Part shown: positions 49,971 to 60,511 of the stretch, in pieces | Layout of the letters: every line of letters starts with the position of its first letter | Numbering within the stretch: position 1 is the first letter of the stretch | Assembly: GCA_050011875.1 (NCBI GenBank) | Contig: JBEKIG010000002.1 | Span: 66,822-130,821 of the forward strand | From: Nitrososphaeria archaeon | GTDB taxonomy: Archaea > Thermoproteota > Nitrososphaeria > JACIWG01 | Direction of reading: 5' to 3' | Length of the DNA stretch: 64,000 nucleotides | Notes under the pieces: generated by a model | Database searches by the model: none | Told to the model about the DNA's origin: nothing | Seen by the model: the letters and a program-made list of their open reading frames with translations, nothing else | Translations under genes and position numbers: made by a program

Positions 49971-50858
49971 ATGGAAATGTTGACTTTCTACATTGTAGAT
50001 GTGTTTGCGGAGTCAAAATATTCAGGTAACCAACTTGCGGTCGTTATAGGTGCAGAGGGACTTTCTGGCTTAGTAATGCAGAAGATTGCAAAGGAAATAA
50101 ATTATTCGGAAACAACCTTTGTTCTGTCAAAAGAAGAACAAGGAGGCGGATATGATGTCCGCATTTTTACTCCAGAAAGAGAGGTGCCATTTGCAGGCCA
50201 TCCGACTCTTGGAACTGCATACGTTATACAGCACGAAATTGTTAAGGCCGCTGTTGATAAGATAGTTTTGAATTTGAAAGCGGGCAAGATTCCGGTATCA
50301 TTTAACCATAACGGGAAGCAGAGGGGCATTTTATGGATGAAGCAGTTACAGCCTGTGTTCGGTCAAAACCTTGATATCAAATCAATTTCACAGGTTTTGG
50401 GTCTCAATTCTGAGGATCTGGACAGTAGATTTCCTATCCAAGAAGTTTCTACGGGTCTACCTTTTATTATAGCTCCATTGAAAAGCTTAGATGCTTTAAA
50501 GCGGGCTAGAACTATTAAAGAAAAATACTTTGAGTTAATCAAGAATATACAAGCAAAAGCTATACTCATCTTCTGTCCCGAAACTCATAAAAAAGGGAAA
50601 AACCTGAGTGTCCGCGTTTTTGCCGACTACTATGGTGTGGCAGAAGATCCTGCAACAGGAAGTGCAAATGGTTGCCTAGCTGCATACTTGGCAAAACATC
50701 GGTATTTCGGAGGAGGTCGAGTCGAAGCTCGGGTGGAACAGGGTTATGAAATAGGCAGACCCTCTCTTCTTCTTCTCAAAGCTGAGGATAGACAGGGGAA
50801 AATAGATGTACAAGTTGGCGGAAGAGTCATAATGATTGCAAAAGGGAAATTCCTGTAA
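49971..50858 (+). CDS. PhzF-family isomerase-like protein
   Basis: The N-terminal pattern FYIVDVFAESKYSGNQLAVV..ETTF and the size (295 aa) fit PhzF. Confidence 0.65.
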   Translation: MEMLTFYIVDVFAESKYSGNQLAVVIGAEGLSGLVMQKIAKEINYSETTFVLSKEEQGGGYDVRIFTPEREVPFAGHPTLGTAYVIQHEIVKAAVDKIVLNLKAGKIPVSFNHNGKQRGILWMKQLQPVFGQNLDIKSISQVLGLNSEDLDSRFPIQEVSTGLPFIIAPLKSLDALKRARTIKEKYFELIKNIQAKAILIFCPETHKKGKNLSVRVFADYYGVAEDPATGSANGCLAAYLAKHRYFGGGRVEARVEQGYEIGRPSLLLLKAEDRQGKIDVQVGGRVIMIAKGKFL

Positions 50859-51220
50859 TTTATGTTCACAATTTAAATTTATTTTAGCTGTTTTTTTCTT
50901 GCTATCAACTCTTCCACAGTTTTGGTCGTTGATTGTAATGGAAATGCTTCTTAGCTTTAATATTATCTTAAACTTAGTTTAGCCAACACCTTAACAGATT
51001 ATCCGATAGGAATCAGAGTATAGGATATAGATTGTTTACCCAAAACTTATTGTGTAAAAAATTTTAATCAAGAAAGGAAAAGCTAAGTTTACCTACAATA
51101 GCAATGTTTAAAATTCTTATACACATTCTACAAACAGCTCTGGGGATATATTCGCAATTAGAACTAATTGCTTGTACAGTCATATAGATAATGTTTATCC
51201 CAAAGAAGACTTTTGGTTGT

Positions 51221-52378
51221 TTATTTTACGCCTTCGAATGTACGACCAGCTTGAGCAACTAACTTTCGAATTGGAAGTTTTTGGGGACATTTTGTTTCAC
51301 ACTGTCCACATTGTACACAGTTCTTTGCTCCATTTTGAGCAGAAATGATTTCATTGTACTTCTTGATAACTTCTGCTTGCATAGCGGAATCCCCACGTTT
51401 TCTTCCATGTTCATTAGACAAAGCGAATATTTGAGGAATATTAACACCTTGTGGACATGGCATACAATATCTGCACCCTGTGCATCCTATAAAGCCGAAC
51501 TCACGATATTTTTCCCGCACTTTTGCGATAGTTCTAAGATCATCTTGTGTCAACTTTCCTGGTCTCGAACGGCCTGCACTTTTGACATTTTCTATTACTT
51601 GCCCCATTGTACTCATTCCACTTAGAACAACTGAAACTTCAGGTTGATTCCAAACCCATTGAAGAGCCCATTCTGCTGGTGTCCTTTTAACTTTAGCGTC
51701 ATCCCATATCTTTTGAATTTCAGTTGGCGGCTTAAGAGCTAACATACCCCCTGCTATGGGTTCCATAATTACAGCCCCAAGTCCTTTAGAGGCGATATAC
51801 TTTAGCCCCTTTGTTCCTGCTTGGAAGTCTGTGTCCATATAGTTGTACTGAATTTGACAGAACGTCCACTTGTTTGTACTATCGATTATTTCCTTTAAAA
51901 CACTAAAATCATCGTGGAAACTGAATCCAAGGTAACGGATCTTTCCCTCTGAAATTGCCTTGTCGATGCATTCGATTACATTTAGGTTTATCATCTTTGG
52001 CCAACGTTCTTTATTTAATCCATGCAGTAAATAGAAGTCTATTTTTTCTGTTTCTAATTTTTTTAACTGCTCGTTAAGGTATTTATCTGTGTCTTCCTTG
52101 GAATTTAATAACCAAGTAGGAAGTTTTGTCGCTAATCTTACTTTCTCTCGATAACCATCTTTTAATGCTTTACCGACTAATATTTCGCTGTTACCACCAT
52201 GATATGGATATGCCGTATCAATGTAATTTACTCCATGGTCGATAGCATATCTTATCATTTTTATCGCTTCAGCTTCATCTATCTTGGAACTATCACCACC
52301 TACTGTTGGCAGTCTCATTACGCCAAAACCAAGCGCTGAAACCTTCCAATTAAGTTTACCAAAATTCCTATATTTCAT
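51221..52378 (-). CDS. Aldo/keto reductase with a C-terminal 4Fe-4S ferredoxin-like domain
   Basis: The AKR N-terminus is present (KVSALGFGVMRL..DTAYPYHGG). C-terminal Cys clusters are CTGCRYCMPC and CVQCGQCETKCP. The start is placed at MKYRNFG. Confidence 0.6.
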   Translation of the reverse strand: MKYRNFGKLNWKVSALGFGVMRLPTVGGDSSKIDEAEAIKMIRYAIDHGVNYIDTAYPYHGGNSEILVGKALKDGYREKVRLATKLPTWLLNSKEDTDKYLNEQLKKLETEKIDFYLLHGLNKERWPKMINLNVIECIDKAISEGKIRYLGFSFHDDFSVLKEIIDSTNKWTFCQIQYNYMDTDFQAGTKGLKYIASKGLGAVIMEPIAGGMLALKPPTEIQKIWDDAKVKRTPAEWALQWVWNQPEVSVVLSGMSTMGQVIENVKSAGRSRPGKLTQDDLRTIAKVREKYREFGFIGCTGCRYCMPCPQGVNIPQIFALSNEHGRKRGDSAMQAEVIKKYNEIISAQNGAKNCVQCGQCETKCPQKLPIRKLVAQAGRTFEGVK

Positions 52379-52701
52379 ATTCATTTCAATGCATACGTGC
52401 ACATTTGGAATGATATATTTGTTTTTATCTTTACAAAATGGCCCAGTTTCTTATGTATTTCCATTGAATAATTTGGATTGTCTTGAGGAAAAATCACCAG
52501 GTTGATGATCGCCGGCTTTATAATATGGTAGATACCTTCCAAGCACGCATCCATGTGTGATAGTTGAAACCTTTTTTTAGTAAGAAGGCCTAAAAGATCT
52601 TTAATTAGAACAAACATTTGACTTCTAATATTATCTCTAGTACTTTTTTGTTATATGGAAAAGTTTTAATGACTATTTTATAATACATCAAATGTATTAT
52701 A

Positions 52702-52878
52702 ATGTCTGAAAAGATTTTTCCAAATTGGTATAAATATCTTGCTTATGTTGTTGCCTTTTTTCTCCTTCTTTCTTTATTTCTCAATGGTGTTATTCTCATT
52801 CTCACTCTTATATTCTCTCTTATTCTAACTCTCTTTCTCTTTGGTTATTACATTTTGAGGAGAAAAAGACTTCATTAA
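52702..52878 (+). CDS. Small two-helix hydrophobic membrane protein (58 aa; missing from the ORF track)
   Basis: The translation is MSEKIFPNWYKYLAYVVAFFLLLSLFLNGVILILTLIFSLILTLFLFGYYILRRKRLH. Confidence 0.25.
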   Translation: MSEKIFPNWYKYLAYVVAFFLLLSLFLNGVILILTLIFSLILTLFLFGYYILRRKRLH

Positions 52879-53084
52879 ATTTTTTAAAGCAATTGATTTT
52901 GCAGTATTATCTGTTTAACTAAATCATAAGTGTTAGATAAACTATCTATATCCTATACTCTAATAATGTATTTAGGTGTTGGCTAAACTAATGATATGAA
53001 CAAAATCCCAAATATAAAGTTAGAAATAAAGAATTAATCACACTATATTTTTTATTCTATCGCCAACTCTGGCGGAGTGGTCCA

Positions 53085-53426
53085 ATGGTCGAAGGTGCTA
53101 GGGTCGATTTCAAAGGATATGAGACTCCATCTAATCTTAGTAGTTCTATAAGATGGTTTGTCAAGCACAAACTAAAGAAGAAGATCTTAGAACTCAGTTC
53201 AGATTTGAATCACTTGAAAAAGAACCCTGACTTGTACGACTTATTCATTACTACCATTAGTGAGAATACTAAGGAATTAGATAACCTTAGCAAAAATGCT
53301 AAGGAAGAAACAGAACAAACCCCATCTTTCCCTGAAGGCTTTAAGACACAAAGTGTTTCAAAGGCTTCGTGGAGGTGGGGAGGGGATTTGAACCCCTGTA
53401 GATCCGCTCTGCAGGCGGATTCGTAA
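53085..53426 (+). CDS. Hypothetical ORF whose 3' end overlaps tRNA-Cys on the opposite strand
   Basis: A 113 aa open frame, which is unlikely by chance in AT-rich DNA. Its last roughly 19 codons are the reverse complement of the tRNA 3' half. Confidence 0.25.
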   Translation: MVEGARVDFKGYETPSNLSSSIRWFVKHKLKKKILELSSDLNHLKKNPDLYDLFITTISENTKELDNLSKNAKEETEQTPSFPEGFKTQSVSKASWRWGGDLNPCRSALQADS

Positions 53427-53444
53427 CGGCTCCGACACCCCACC
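53370..53444 (-). tRNA. tRNA-Cys (anticodon GCA), with encoded CCA
   Basis: The minus-strand sequence is GGTGGGGTGTCGGAGCCGTTACGAATCCGCCTGCAGAGCGGATCTACAGGGGTTCAAATCCCCTCCCCACC-T-CCA. It folds into a 7-bp acceptor stem, an anticodon stem TCCGC/GCGGA with loop CTGCAGA, a T-arm AGGGG-TTCAAAT-CCCCT and discriminator U73, which is the identity element of tRNA-Cys. Confidence 0.8.
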
Positions 53445-53720
53445 ATCATTTAAACCCTATTGATTTGAAGTAATGCTATATTAAAATTTTTTCGATTTTA
53501 AGGTTAGATCCCTTTGAAATAATAGTAGCGCTATTTTTTTATGGAGTCTGAAAGCGCGTTTATAATGGCGTCTTTTTTTTCGACATTTTATCCTCTATCT
53601 GTCCTTGAAGATTGTTTTCTTTTCTTACTTGTTTTATTTTAGAAAGAAGCCGCAAAGCTTCTCAAAAGGGATTTCTAACCCATTTTTAGATCATTTGTTC
53701 TAGTTGATAGATGAGTTAAA

Positions 53721-55085
53721 TCACATTTGAGCGTAGTTGTAGAGGAAAGATACCACTGATTTCTCGAACGCTCTAATTCCTTCAACAGTAAAGTATTCGT
53801 TGGGCGCGTGAGCTAAACCTCCGTGACCTAAGCCTCCAAACATCATCTTCATGTTAAAAGGTTCCTTGCAGAACAGATACATCGGGGCTGAACCTGGCAT
53901 CATTGGAAGTATAATCGGTTCGTGTCCAAATTCCCTGAACATCTTAATTGCTGCCTGAGAAATTTTTTCCTTAACTGACGTTTTAACCCAGCCATAATTG
54001 CATAGTACCCTTACTTCAATATCTCCAAATCCGTGTCTGTTTAGATGCTTCTTGATCTTTTCAACGACCTCTTCGCCTGTCATGTTTGGTACTAGTCTGA
54101 CGTCAACTTTCACAAGTATCTTGGATGGTACAATCGTTTTTGTAGCTGGCCCCGTCCAACCGCCAATAGCGCCTGCGAGGTTTATCGGCGAGGGTTCAAA
54201 GATCAGTTCTCTAGCCATCACTTTGATGTTTGTTCCTCTATACTGCCTAACATCGTAGACGCTTGTCATCATTTTAACGATACTATCTGCGTTTGAATCA
54301 ACGTTGTTTAGGTCTTCTTCTGATGGTGGTTCCACGTTTTCATAAAATCCTTCAACAAGGACGCCATCCTCTCCCCTCATGCTATTTAAAGCCCAAATCA
54401 TCCTCCAAATTGGGTTCGGAAGGATCGCAGCCTGGCTTGAATGGACATCTAGGGGGTTTGTTGTGCATTCAAGTTCTAGATATACTACTCCCTTGAATCC
54501 TAGTGTTAAAACGGGTCGTGCTCCTTTCACCCATTGACTTGGCTGTGCCATGTAGATTGCTTCACATTTTTTAAGTTCATCAGAGCATTTTTCAGCAAAT
54601 TCCGGGATATGTACACTACCCTGCTCTTCTTCCCCTTCAACGCCGACAATAAAGTTAAAGGGTAAATCTCCTGTGACATCCTTTATCGATTTTAGAGCGT
54701 TAAAGAATCCCATAAGAGGACCTTTGCTATTAATAGCCCCTCTAGCAATAATACGGTCTCCAACAATTTTGGCTTCATGAGGTGGCGATGTCCACTTGTC
54801 AACAGGCTCAATGGGCTGTGTATCGTACATTCCATATGCAAAGAGTGTTCGATTGCTTGTCTTTGACTTGAGTTTTCCAAAAGATACCGGATATCCACTT
54901 GTTGCAATGTTCCTTGCCTCTCCCCCAAGAAGGTTTCTTATATAATTGCAGTTCATTTCTGCAGTTTCTTTCATACCGAGACCGGTGGAAGATATACTGG
55001 GCTGTCTAAGGTACTCCTGAATTCGCTTTACATGTTCGTCGAAATGCTCGTCGATATATTGATATATTCGTTCTATATTTGACAT
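53721..55085 (-). CDS. M20-family metallopeptidase / amidohydrolase (ArgE/DapE/dipeptidase-like)
   Basis: M20 catalytic and dimerisation domain patterns are present (..GMYDTQP.., GVEGEEEQGS). Confidence 0.6.
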   Translation of the reverse strand: MSNIERIYQYIDEHFDEHVKRIQEYLRQPSISSTGLGMKETAEMNCNYIRNLLGGEARNIATSGYPVSFGKLKSKTSNRTLFAYGMYDTQPIEPVDKWTSPPHEAKIVGDRIIARGAINSKGPLMGFFNALKSIKDVTGDLPFNFIVGVEGEEEQGSVHIPEFAEKCSDELKKCEAIYMAQPSQWVKGARPVLTLGFKGVVYLELECTTNPLDVHSSQAAILPNPIWRMIWALNSMRGEDGVLVEGFYENVEPPSEEDLNNVDSNADSIVKMMTSVYDVRQYRGTNIKVMARELIFEPSPINLAGAIGGWTGPATKTIVPSKILVKVDVRLVPNMTGEEVVEKIKKHLNRHGFGDIEVRVLCNYGWVKTSVKEKISQAAIKMFREFGHEPIILPMMPGSAPMYLFCKEPFNMKMMFGGLGHGGLAHAPNEYFTVEGIRAFEKSVVSFLYNYAQM

Positions 55086-55152
55086 TTTTTCTATTATAAC
55101 TTTTTGGTTTTCATATTTAAACGTTAATAAACGACAAAAAAAGGGGAGAAAG

Positions 55153-55746
55153 CTATCCTTCCCTAGGCTTCGCGATTATTTCTTTTATTTTAAGATCCAG
55201 AAACTTTCTAGAACATACTGAATCAAGAACAATAGCAGTGTCTGCTCCTTCACTTGTGCCAGCTATAGCTATAATTTCCTTACCCAGCGGAATCAGTCCT
55301 GCGTCTGCAGCCATAAGTGTAATTTCTACACATACTTTCATACCTTGACAGAACCTGTAAAGAGTCTCCCTGACGACTTCGTTTGTTGAAATTCCGCCCA
55401 TCTTTCCGGTAAACGCGGAGCTTACATCATCTCCAAGAGCGTGAATACCCGTATGCACCTTTATCTTTTTCTCAAGCAACTTTCTTTTTTCTTCAGGAGT
55501 CATTGGCCAACCTTCTTCTTTCCATCCTTCACAAATTGATACAGCGACCAAATTAAATACTGGTTCCTTGAAGATTTCTGCTGTTTTCAAACCGGTTGAA
55601 CCGTGTGTAGTAGCCACAACTATGTCTGTTATACCAAGCTCTTTGGCGCGATCGTAAGCTAATTTCAGCGTTTCTCCTGTGTTAACAGAACCTTTTTCTC
55701 CATAATATATAACAGTCTTTTTCATTAAAATCACATCAGATACCAA
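55153..55746 (-). CDS. Stand-alone pyruvate-kinase C-terminal (PK_C)-like domain protein
   Basis: The segment ITDIVVATTHGSTGLKTAEIF..PVFNLVAVS resembles the PK alpha/beta domain. Confidence 0.4.
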   Translation of the reverse strand: MVSDVILMKKTVIYYGEKGSVNTGETLKLAYDRAKELGITDIVVATTHGSTGLKTAEIFKEPVFNLVAVSICEGWKEEGWPMTPEEKRKLLEKKIKVHTGIHALGDDVSSAFTGKMGGISTNEVVRETLYRFCQGMKVCVEITLMAADAGLIPLGKEIIAIAGTSEGADTAIVLDSVCSRKFLDLKIKEIIAKPREG

Positions 55747-56100
55747 AAAAATAAGACGTTGTTATTATATCTTTTGAAAACGTGTAACCCCCTAATTGTT
55801 CTTTAAATGTCATAAACATAAATATGTGTTATTAATCAATTACTTTTGTGATCGATGTTTCGTCCATATCTAAAAAGGAAACATCAAAGATATTAGATAT
55901 ATTATTTATCCAAATAAAGAAAGGATACGTCTAATTTTTAAATATTTAGGGATATTAAATTATGAGCATAAACAGATTGGCCAAAGTAACAATCAATCAA
56001 AATCTACTTTTATGCCATATGATTATTGAAATAAAACTATTTTCATTTTCCCATTTTTTTGTGAAGAAGCCGTGTTTATATAATTCGATCTTATACATGA

Positions 56101-57270
56101 TCAGTATAAAAGTTGCTTTTTCATGTAATCCGCATATTCTTTAAACTTTTCGAACTTGAATTCGACATGGATGAGGTGATCTACCGTTGGTATATATCCC
56201 CCCATCTCCTTTAATATAGGTACTTTCGAATCGACTTCTTTTCTCATTCTTGCACCACCTTCTGACGCTTCCCTTTTATCGATGTTCCCCAGAAGGAAGA
56301 GCTTGTTTCCGTACTTCCTCTTCACTTCAATGGCATTCATCTTGGAATTAACTTCCAGCGGCCACATACCATTTATTCCTGCCTCGATCGTCAGGTCAAA
56401 AAGAGGCTCGATGTAGCCATCACTGTCTTCAAGTACCTTCTCTATTTTATTTTTCTTCAAGAAACTTGTGACCCTTTTGTAGTGTGGTAGAAGATATTTC
56501 TTGTATAGCATCGGAGACAGGCATGGCCCATTCTTTTCTGCCATATCCTCCCACCAGTAGACCATATCAATCCTTTCCTTTAGTGTTTCAACAGCATCTT
56601 TCATGGTCTCTACAGTATAGAATTCCCAGTGATCTAGCATGTCCTCTATTAATTGAGGGTCCTTATAGAATGTAGTTAAGAATCCTGGGATACCCATGAG
56701 CTCCGCTCCAAAACCGTAAAAGCCGCTGATGCTGATCGCTGTACATCCTGCCTGATAGTTTTCAAACGCTTGCATGTAGGCGTCTTTTTCCCAGTCTTTA
56801 GGATATCTTAACGGATTATAGGGGTCAAGTCTCTTTTTATACTCCTCCCAACTTTTACGATCTTTAACCGGGAACTCTAAAAACATAGGCATACTATACC
56901 AGATGTACTCGGCTTTCTTGAAGCGTCGGGCAATCGCCCCGGTTTGAGTTAAAACGTCGACGTTTCTATCGGTTTCACCTAAAACCTTTTGCTTGAACCT
57001 GGGTATAGGACCTAAATCTATTGGCACAGTCATTCCTGTAAAGTTATAGCATCCAAAATATGGGTATGGATTCATGCCCCTTAGTATGGGCCAATTCAGT
57101 AAAGATACGCTTCCTGCCCTCACCTCCCAATCTATAACAAGTATCTTATCAGCTGGCAGGCCCTCGCCGAACCATTTGATCATTGTCTCATCATAGAATT
57201 TCTCGCACCATGGGAGCATATCAGGTTTTTTAAAGTTGATTACCGCTTTGATTCTCTCTCTCGGAGTCAT
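56101..57270 (-). CDS. Uroporphyrinogen-decarboxylase (URO-D) family protein, MtaA/CmuA-like
   Basis: The N-terminus MTPRERIKAVINFKKPDMLP matches the URO-D family start. The C-terminal segment GGYIPTVDH and the size fit. The start is placed at the internal Met, while the ORF track extends to 57333. Confidence 0.5.
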   Translation of the reverse strand: MTPRERIKAVINFKKPDMLPWCEKFYDETMIKWFGEGLPADKILVIDWEVRAGSVSLLNWPILRGMNPYPYFGCYNFTGMTVPIDLGPIPRFKQKVLGETDRNVDVLTQTGAIARRFKKAEYIWYSMPMFLEFPVKDRKSWEEYKKRLDPYNPLRYPKDWEKDAYMQAFENYQAGCTAISISGFYGFGAELMGIPGFLTTFYKDPQLIEDMLDHWEFYTVETMKDAVETLKERIDMVYWWEDMAEKNGPCLSPMLYKKYLLPHYKRVTSFLKKNKIEKVLEDSDGYIEPLFDLTIEAGINGMWPLEVNSKMNAIEVKRKYGNKLFLLGNIDKREASEGGARMRKEVDSKVPILKEMGGYIPTVDHLIHVEFKFEKFKEYADYMKKQLLY

Positions 57271-57447
57271 CAAAATTCTATTGCGCCTCAAGTTCATAAA
57301 ATGCATGGGCAATATTAAGGTTTTTAAGGTCACTTTAGGAACATACTTTTTTTACTTTTAGGCGTTTTTCTACTGTTAGCAAGTGTAACAAAAGATAAAT
57401 CAAGGATCAAGGAAACGCTTAGAACTTTATACTAGGCTTTTATGATT

Positions 57448-57972
57448 CTACTTTACGATAGTAAGGCTCTTAACCACCTTTATGTTTTGCAGCTCAGAAA
57501 TAACCTCTGATGGAACTTCTCCTTCTATTATCAGTGTTAGCTTTGGTTCCTTATTCAATTCAGGGTCGTCGGCTACCGCTTGTCTGATGATCAGTTTATT
57601 CTTGGCCATAATAGAAGTTACTTCTGATATTATGCCAGGTCTTTCCGCCTGAGATGTTATAATAATGACCGTAAATCCAAAATAGTGGGCAACATCCTTG
57701 AAGAATGTTATAGGAGTTAATTTTGTAAAGATATTAACTAGATTAGGATTAGATAGTATCAAATCAGCGGTTTGTCTTACTACCCTACGATCGACATTTA
57801 GAGCACGAGATATGGATATGTCTGGGATTTCAATCTCTTCAGAGTAATAGCGCCCATTGCTACCAACTCTGATGCCCGTCTCCAGCATCTTTCTTAATAT
57901 GATTGCCTGAGCTTTTCTCCGTCTTGTATTGCTTTCTATCATAGACCAAATTCCTCTTTCGTGAGCCAACAT
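57448..57972 (-). CDS. HTH plus ACT-domain putative amino-acid-responsive regulator
   Basis: An N-terminal helix-turn-helix-like region is followed by a C-terminal ACT-like beta-alpha-beta-beta-alpha-beta segment (FTVIIITSQAERPGIISEVTSIMAKNKLII). It is divergent from TrpB2. Confidence 0.45.
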   Translation of the reverse strand: MLAHERGIWSMIESNTRRRKAQAIILRKMLETGIRVGSNGRYYSEEIEIPDISISRALNVDRRVVRQTADLILSNPNLVNIFTKLTPITFFKDVAHYFGFTVIIITSQAERPGIISEVTSIMAKNKLIIRQAVADDPELNKEPKLTLIIEGEVPSEVISELQNIKVVKSLTIVK

Positions 57973-58045
57973 TGATTCAATGGACAGATCTGTTTAATAA
58001 AAGTCTTTCCGAGACGCTTCATACTATGTACATTTTTGTACATGA

Positions 58046-59452
58046 ATGTATATTAATGATTATATTAATGCATATAGCATGGTCAAAGATCAAGGCAACA
58101 AGATAAATCTGCCAGCAGAGGATATACCTAGATCATGGTATAACATTCTTCCGGACCTACCTGAACCGCTTCCACCCCCACTTGATCCTGCAACGGGTAA
58201 GCCGGCTAATCCTGCTGCGTTGGAAAGAATATTTGCGAAAGAATGTGTGCGCCAAGAGGTTTCAACTGACAGCTTTATACCCATCCCTTCTGAAGTTCTT
58301 GAGATATATCTGACGTTGGGAAGACCAACCCCTCTCTTCAGAGCGAAGAGACTTGAAAGAATTCTAGGGACGCCGGCTGAAATATACTTCAAGCGTGAAG
58401 ACTTAAGTCCGGTTGGAAGCCACAAGCCGAATACCGCTATAGCACAGGCATACTACCTTTCCAAGGAAGGTGTTAAGAAGGTTACAACCGAGACAGGTGC
58501 AGGACAGTGGGGTTCAGCTCTTGCACTTGCAGGATCCTTTTTTAACTTAGAAATAATGGTTTTTATGACGAGGAGCTCATATAACACCAAACCTTATCGA
58601 AAAATCCTGATGGAACTTTTCGGCGCAAAGGTGTACTCTTCTCCAAGTGATCAGACAAAAATTGGGCGTGAATTTCTAGGTTTGGATAAGGAACATCCTG
58701 GCAGCCTAGGTATTGCGATAAGCGAAGCATTGGAAATCGCCTTGAGTGATGAACATAGAAAATATTCTTTGGGAAGCGTACTAAATCACGTTTTACTGCA
58801 TCAGACCATAATTGGTTTGGAAGCAAAAAAACAGATGGAAATGGTCGACAAACAACCTGACATAATCGTAGGCTGTATTGGTGGTGGAAGCAATTTTGCT
58901 GGCATTTCTTATCCTTTCATACACGATAAGCTCAAGAATAAAAGTGAGACCCAATTCCTTGCGGTTGAACCTAAGGCTGTGCCGTCGACAACCCGAGGAA
59001 GGTACATCTACGATTTTGGTGATTCAGGAGGCATGACACCTATGCTCAAGATGTATACGCTTGGCAACAGATTTCCAATTTCGCCAATTCATGCTGCAGG
59101 GCTGAGATATCATGGTAAAGCGCCATCTCTATCATTGCTGATAAAAGATAAGGTGGTTAACAGTATTTCTTATGACCAAAAGGAAATCATGGACGCAGGA
59201 GTTCTTTTTGCTAAGGCTGAAGGAATAGTACCTGCGCCGGAAACAAATCATGCAATAAAGGCTGTAATCGATATTGCTTTAAAGGCAAAGGAAAAAGGAG
59301 AGAAAAAGACGATTCTTTTCAATTTCAGTGGGCATGGACTGCTAGATCTCAACGCATATCAAGATATGCTCAATAGAACAATAACGGATTATGAACCAAC
59401 TGATGAGCTCATAAACAAGTCCCTATCCCAGGTTCCAAAAGTTGGTAACTAA
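58046..59452 (+). CDS. trpB2: Tryptophan synthase beta-chain paralogue TrpB2
   Basis: The TrpB2-specific N-terminal extension ([19 protein letters not shown]) is present. The PLP lysine sits in [12 protein letters not shown], and GGGSNFAG is present. Confidence 0.8.
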   Translation: MYINDYINAYSMVKDQGNKINLPAEDIPRSWYNILPDLPEPLPPPLDPATGKPANPAALERIFAKECVRQEVSTDSFIPIPSEVLEIYLTLGRPTPLFRAKRLERILGTPAEIYFKREDLSPVGSHKPNTAIAQAYYLSKEGVKKVTTETGAGQWGSALALAGSFFNLEIMVFMTRSSYNTKPYRKILMELFGAKVYSSPSDQTKIGREFLGLDKEHPGSLGIAISEALEIALSDEHRKYSLGSVLNHVLLHQTIIGLEAKKQMEMVDKQPDIIVGCIGGGSNFAGISYPFIHDKLKNKSETQFLAVEPKAVPSTTRGRYIYDFGDSGGMTPMLKMYTLGNRFPISPIHAAGLRYHGKAPSLSLLIKDKVVNSISYDQKEIMDAGVLFAKAEGIVPAPETNHAIKAVIDIALKAKEKGEKKTILFNFSGHGLLDLNAYQDMLNRTITDYEPTDELINKSLSQVPKVGN

Positions 59453-59999
59453 ATTGAGAAGAATCAACTCTTCCAATACAAAGTATGAAAATACCTTTTG
59501 CAAACTAGGTTTACATAATGGAGAATCCTACAAATTCGAAAGCTTAGAAGCCATAATTGTAGAAATAAACGAGCTTAAAGAACACGAGAAAATAGATGAA
59601 CAATATTGCGAACAGTTAAAAAGTAGAATACAGAAAGACGGTTTTATCAAGAAGGCAATAGCAGTTGATGCTAACACCCGAATAGTGTTAGACGGACATC
59701 ATAGGCTGAACGCTTTAAGGAGACTGGGTTGCAAAAGGATACCGGCTATTCTCGTAGACTATAATAGTCCGATGATTCAGGTGCAAGGATGGAACAAAGA
59801 TACTGTCAGCAAACAAGCGGTAATAGTGGCGGGAACAACCCCAAATAAACTTCCTCCCAAGACAACCAGACACACAGTAATCATCAATGGGTTATCGAGA
59901 CACATTTCTTATATAGAGAAAAATGTGAACATACCTTTATCGGAGCTAAAGCCTAAAAATTATGATGCAATGCTTTCAAAATTTGTTGCCAAAAAATAA
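59442..59999 (+). CDS. ParB/sulfiredoxin-fold protein (candidate free L-serine kinase)
   Basis: The DGHHR motif sits in the context [23 protein letters not shown]. An 11-nt overlap with the trpB2 stop indicates translational coupling. Confidence 0.45.
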   Translation: MVTKLRRINSSNTKYENTFCKLGLHNGESYKFESLEAIIVEINELKEHEKIDEQYCEQLKSRIQKDGFIKKAIAVDANTRIVLDGHHRLNALRRLGCKRIPAILVDYNSPMIQVQGWNKDTVSKQAVIVAGTTPNKLPPKTTRHTVIINGLSRHISYIEKNVNIPLSELKPKNYDAMLSKFVAKK

Positions 60000-60511
60000 A
60001 CTTCGTAAGTAAATAGTTAACTGTTATTTTTTTAATTTTTAATTATTTATTTTGGATTAATCTGGGGTATAAGTGGTATAATAGCTAGCTTTTTTCTATT
60101 CCTATTTATCGATACTTTAATAATTATTTTTCTGACAAAGTTAAATTTGATTTGAAAATAAGTATTTTAATTGCGTTATTTACTTCATTTATATCTGATA
60201 TTATATTTGTTATTTCCTTGACACGTGTTTACATATCAAAAACCCCACCATGTAGGCTCTGGACGGGCTGGAGGAGACCAGAAGTCAGCCTGTTGACGAG
60301 CAGAAGAAATCATTAGCCTATCGTCAGGTGGACCACAAACAGTCCTCCGTTACATGCAAGCATATGCAACCAACGACACCGCCAAGTCCAGGCGATGATC
60401 CTCTCAACGTTCGCCCGCATCTTCATCCCTTGCTTGAGGGCCAGCTGCCATCCTGAAGTTTAACCCTAAATACCTTCCGTTCGCAATATATCGGGACGCA
60501 CCTGACCGGAA

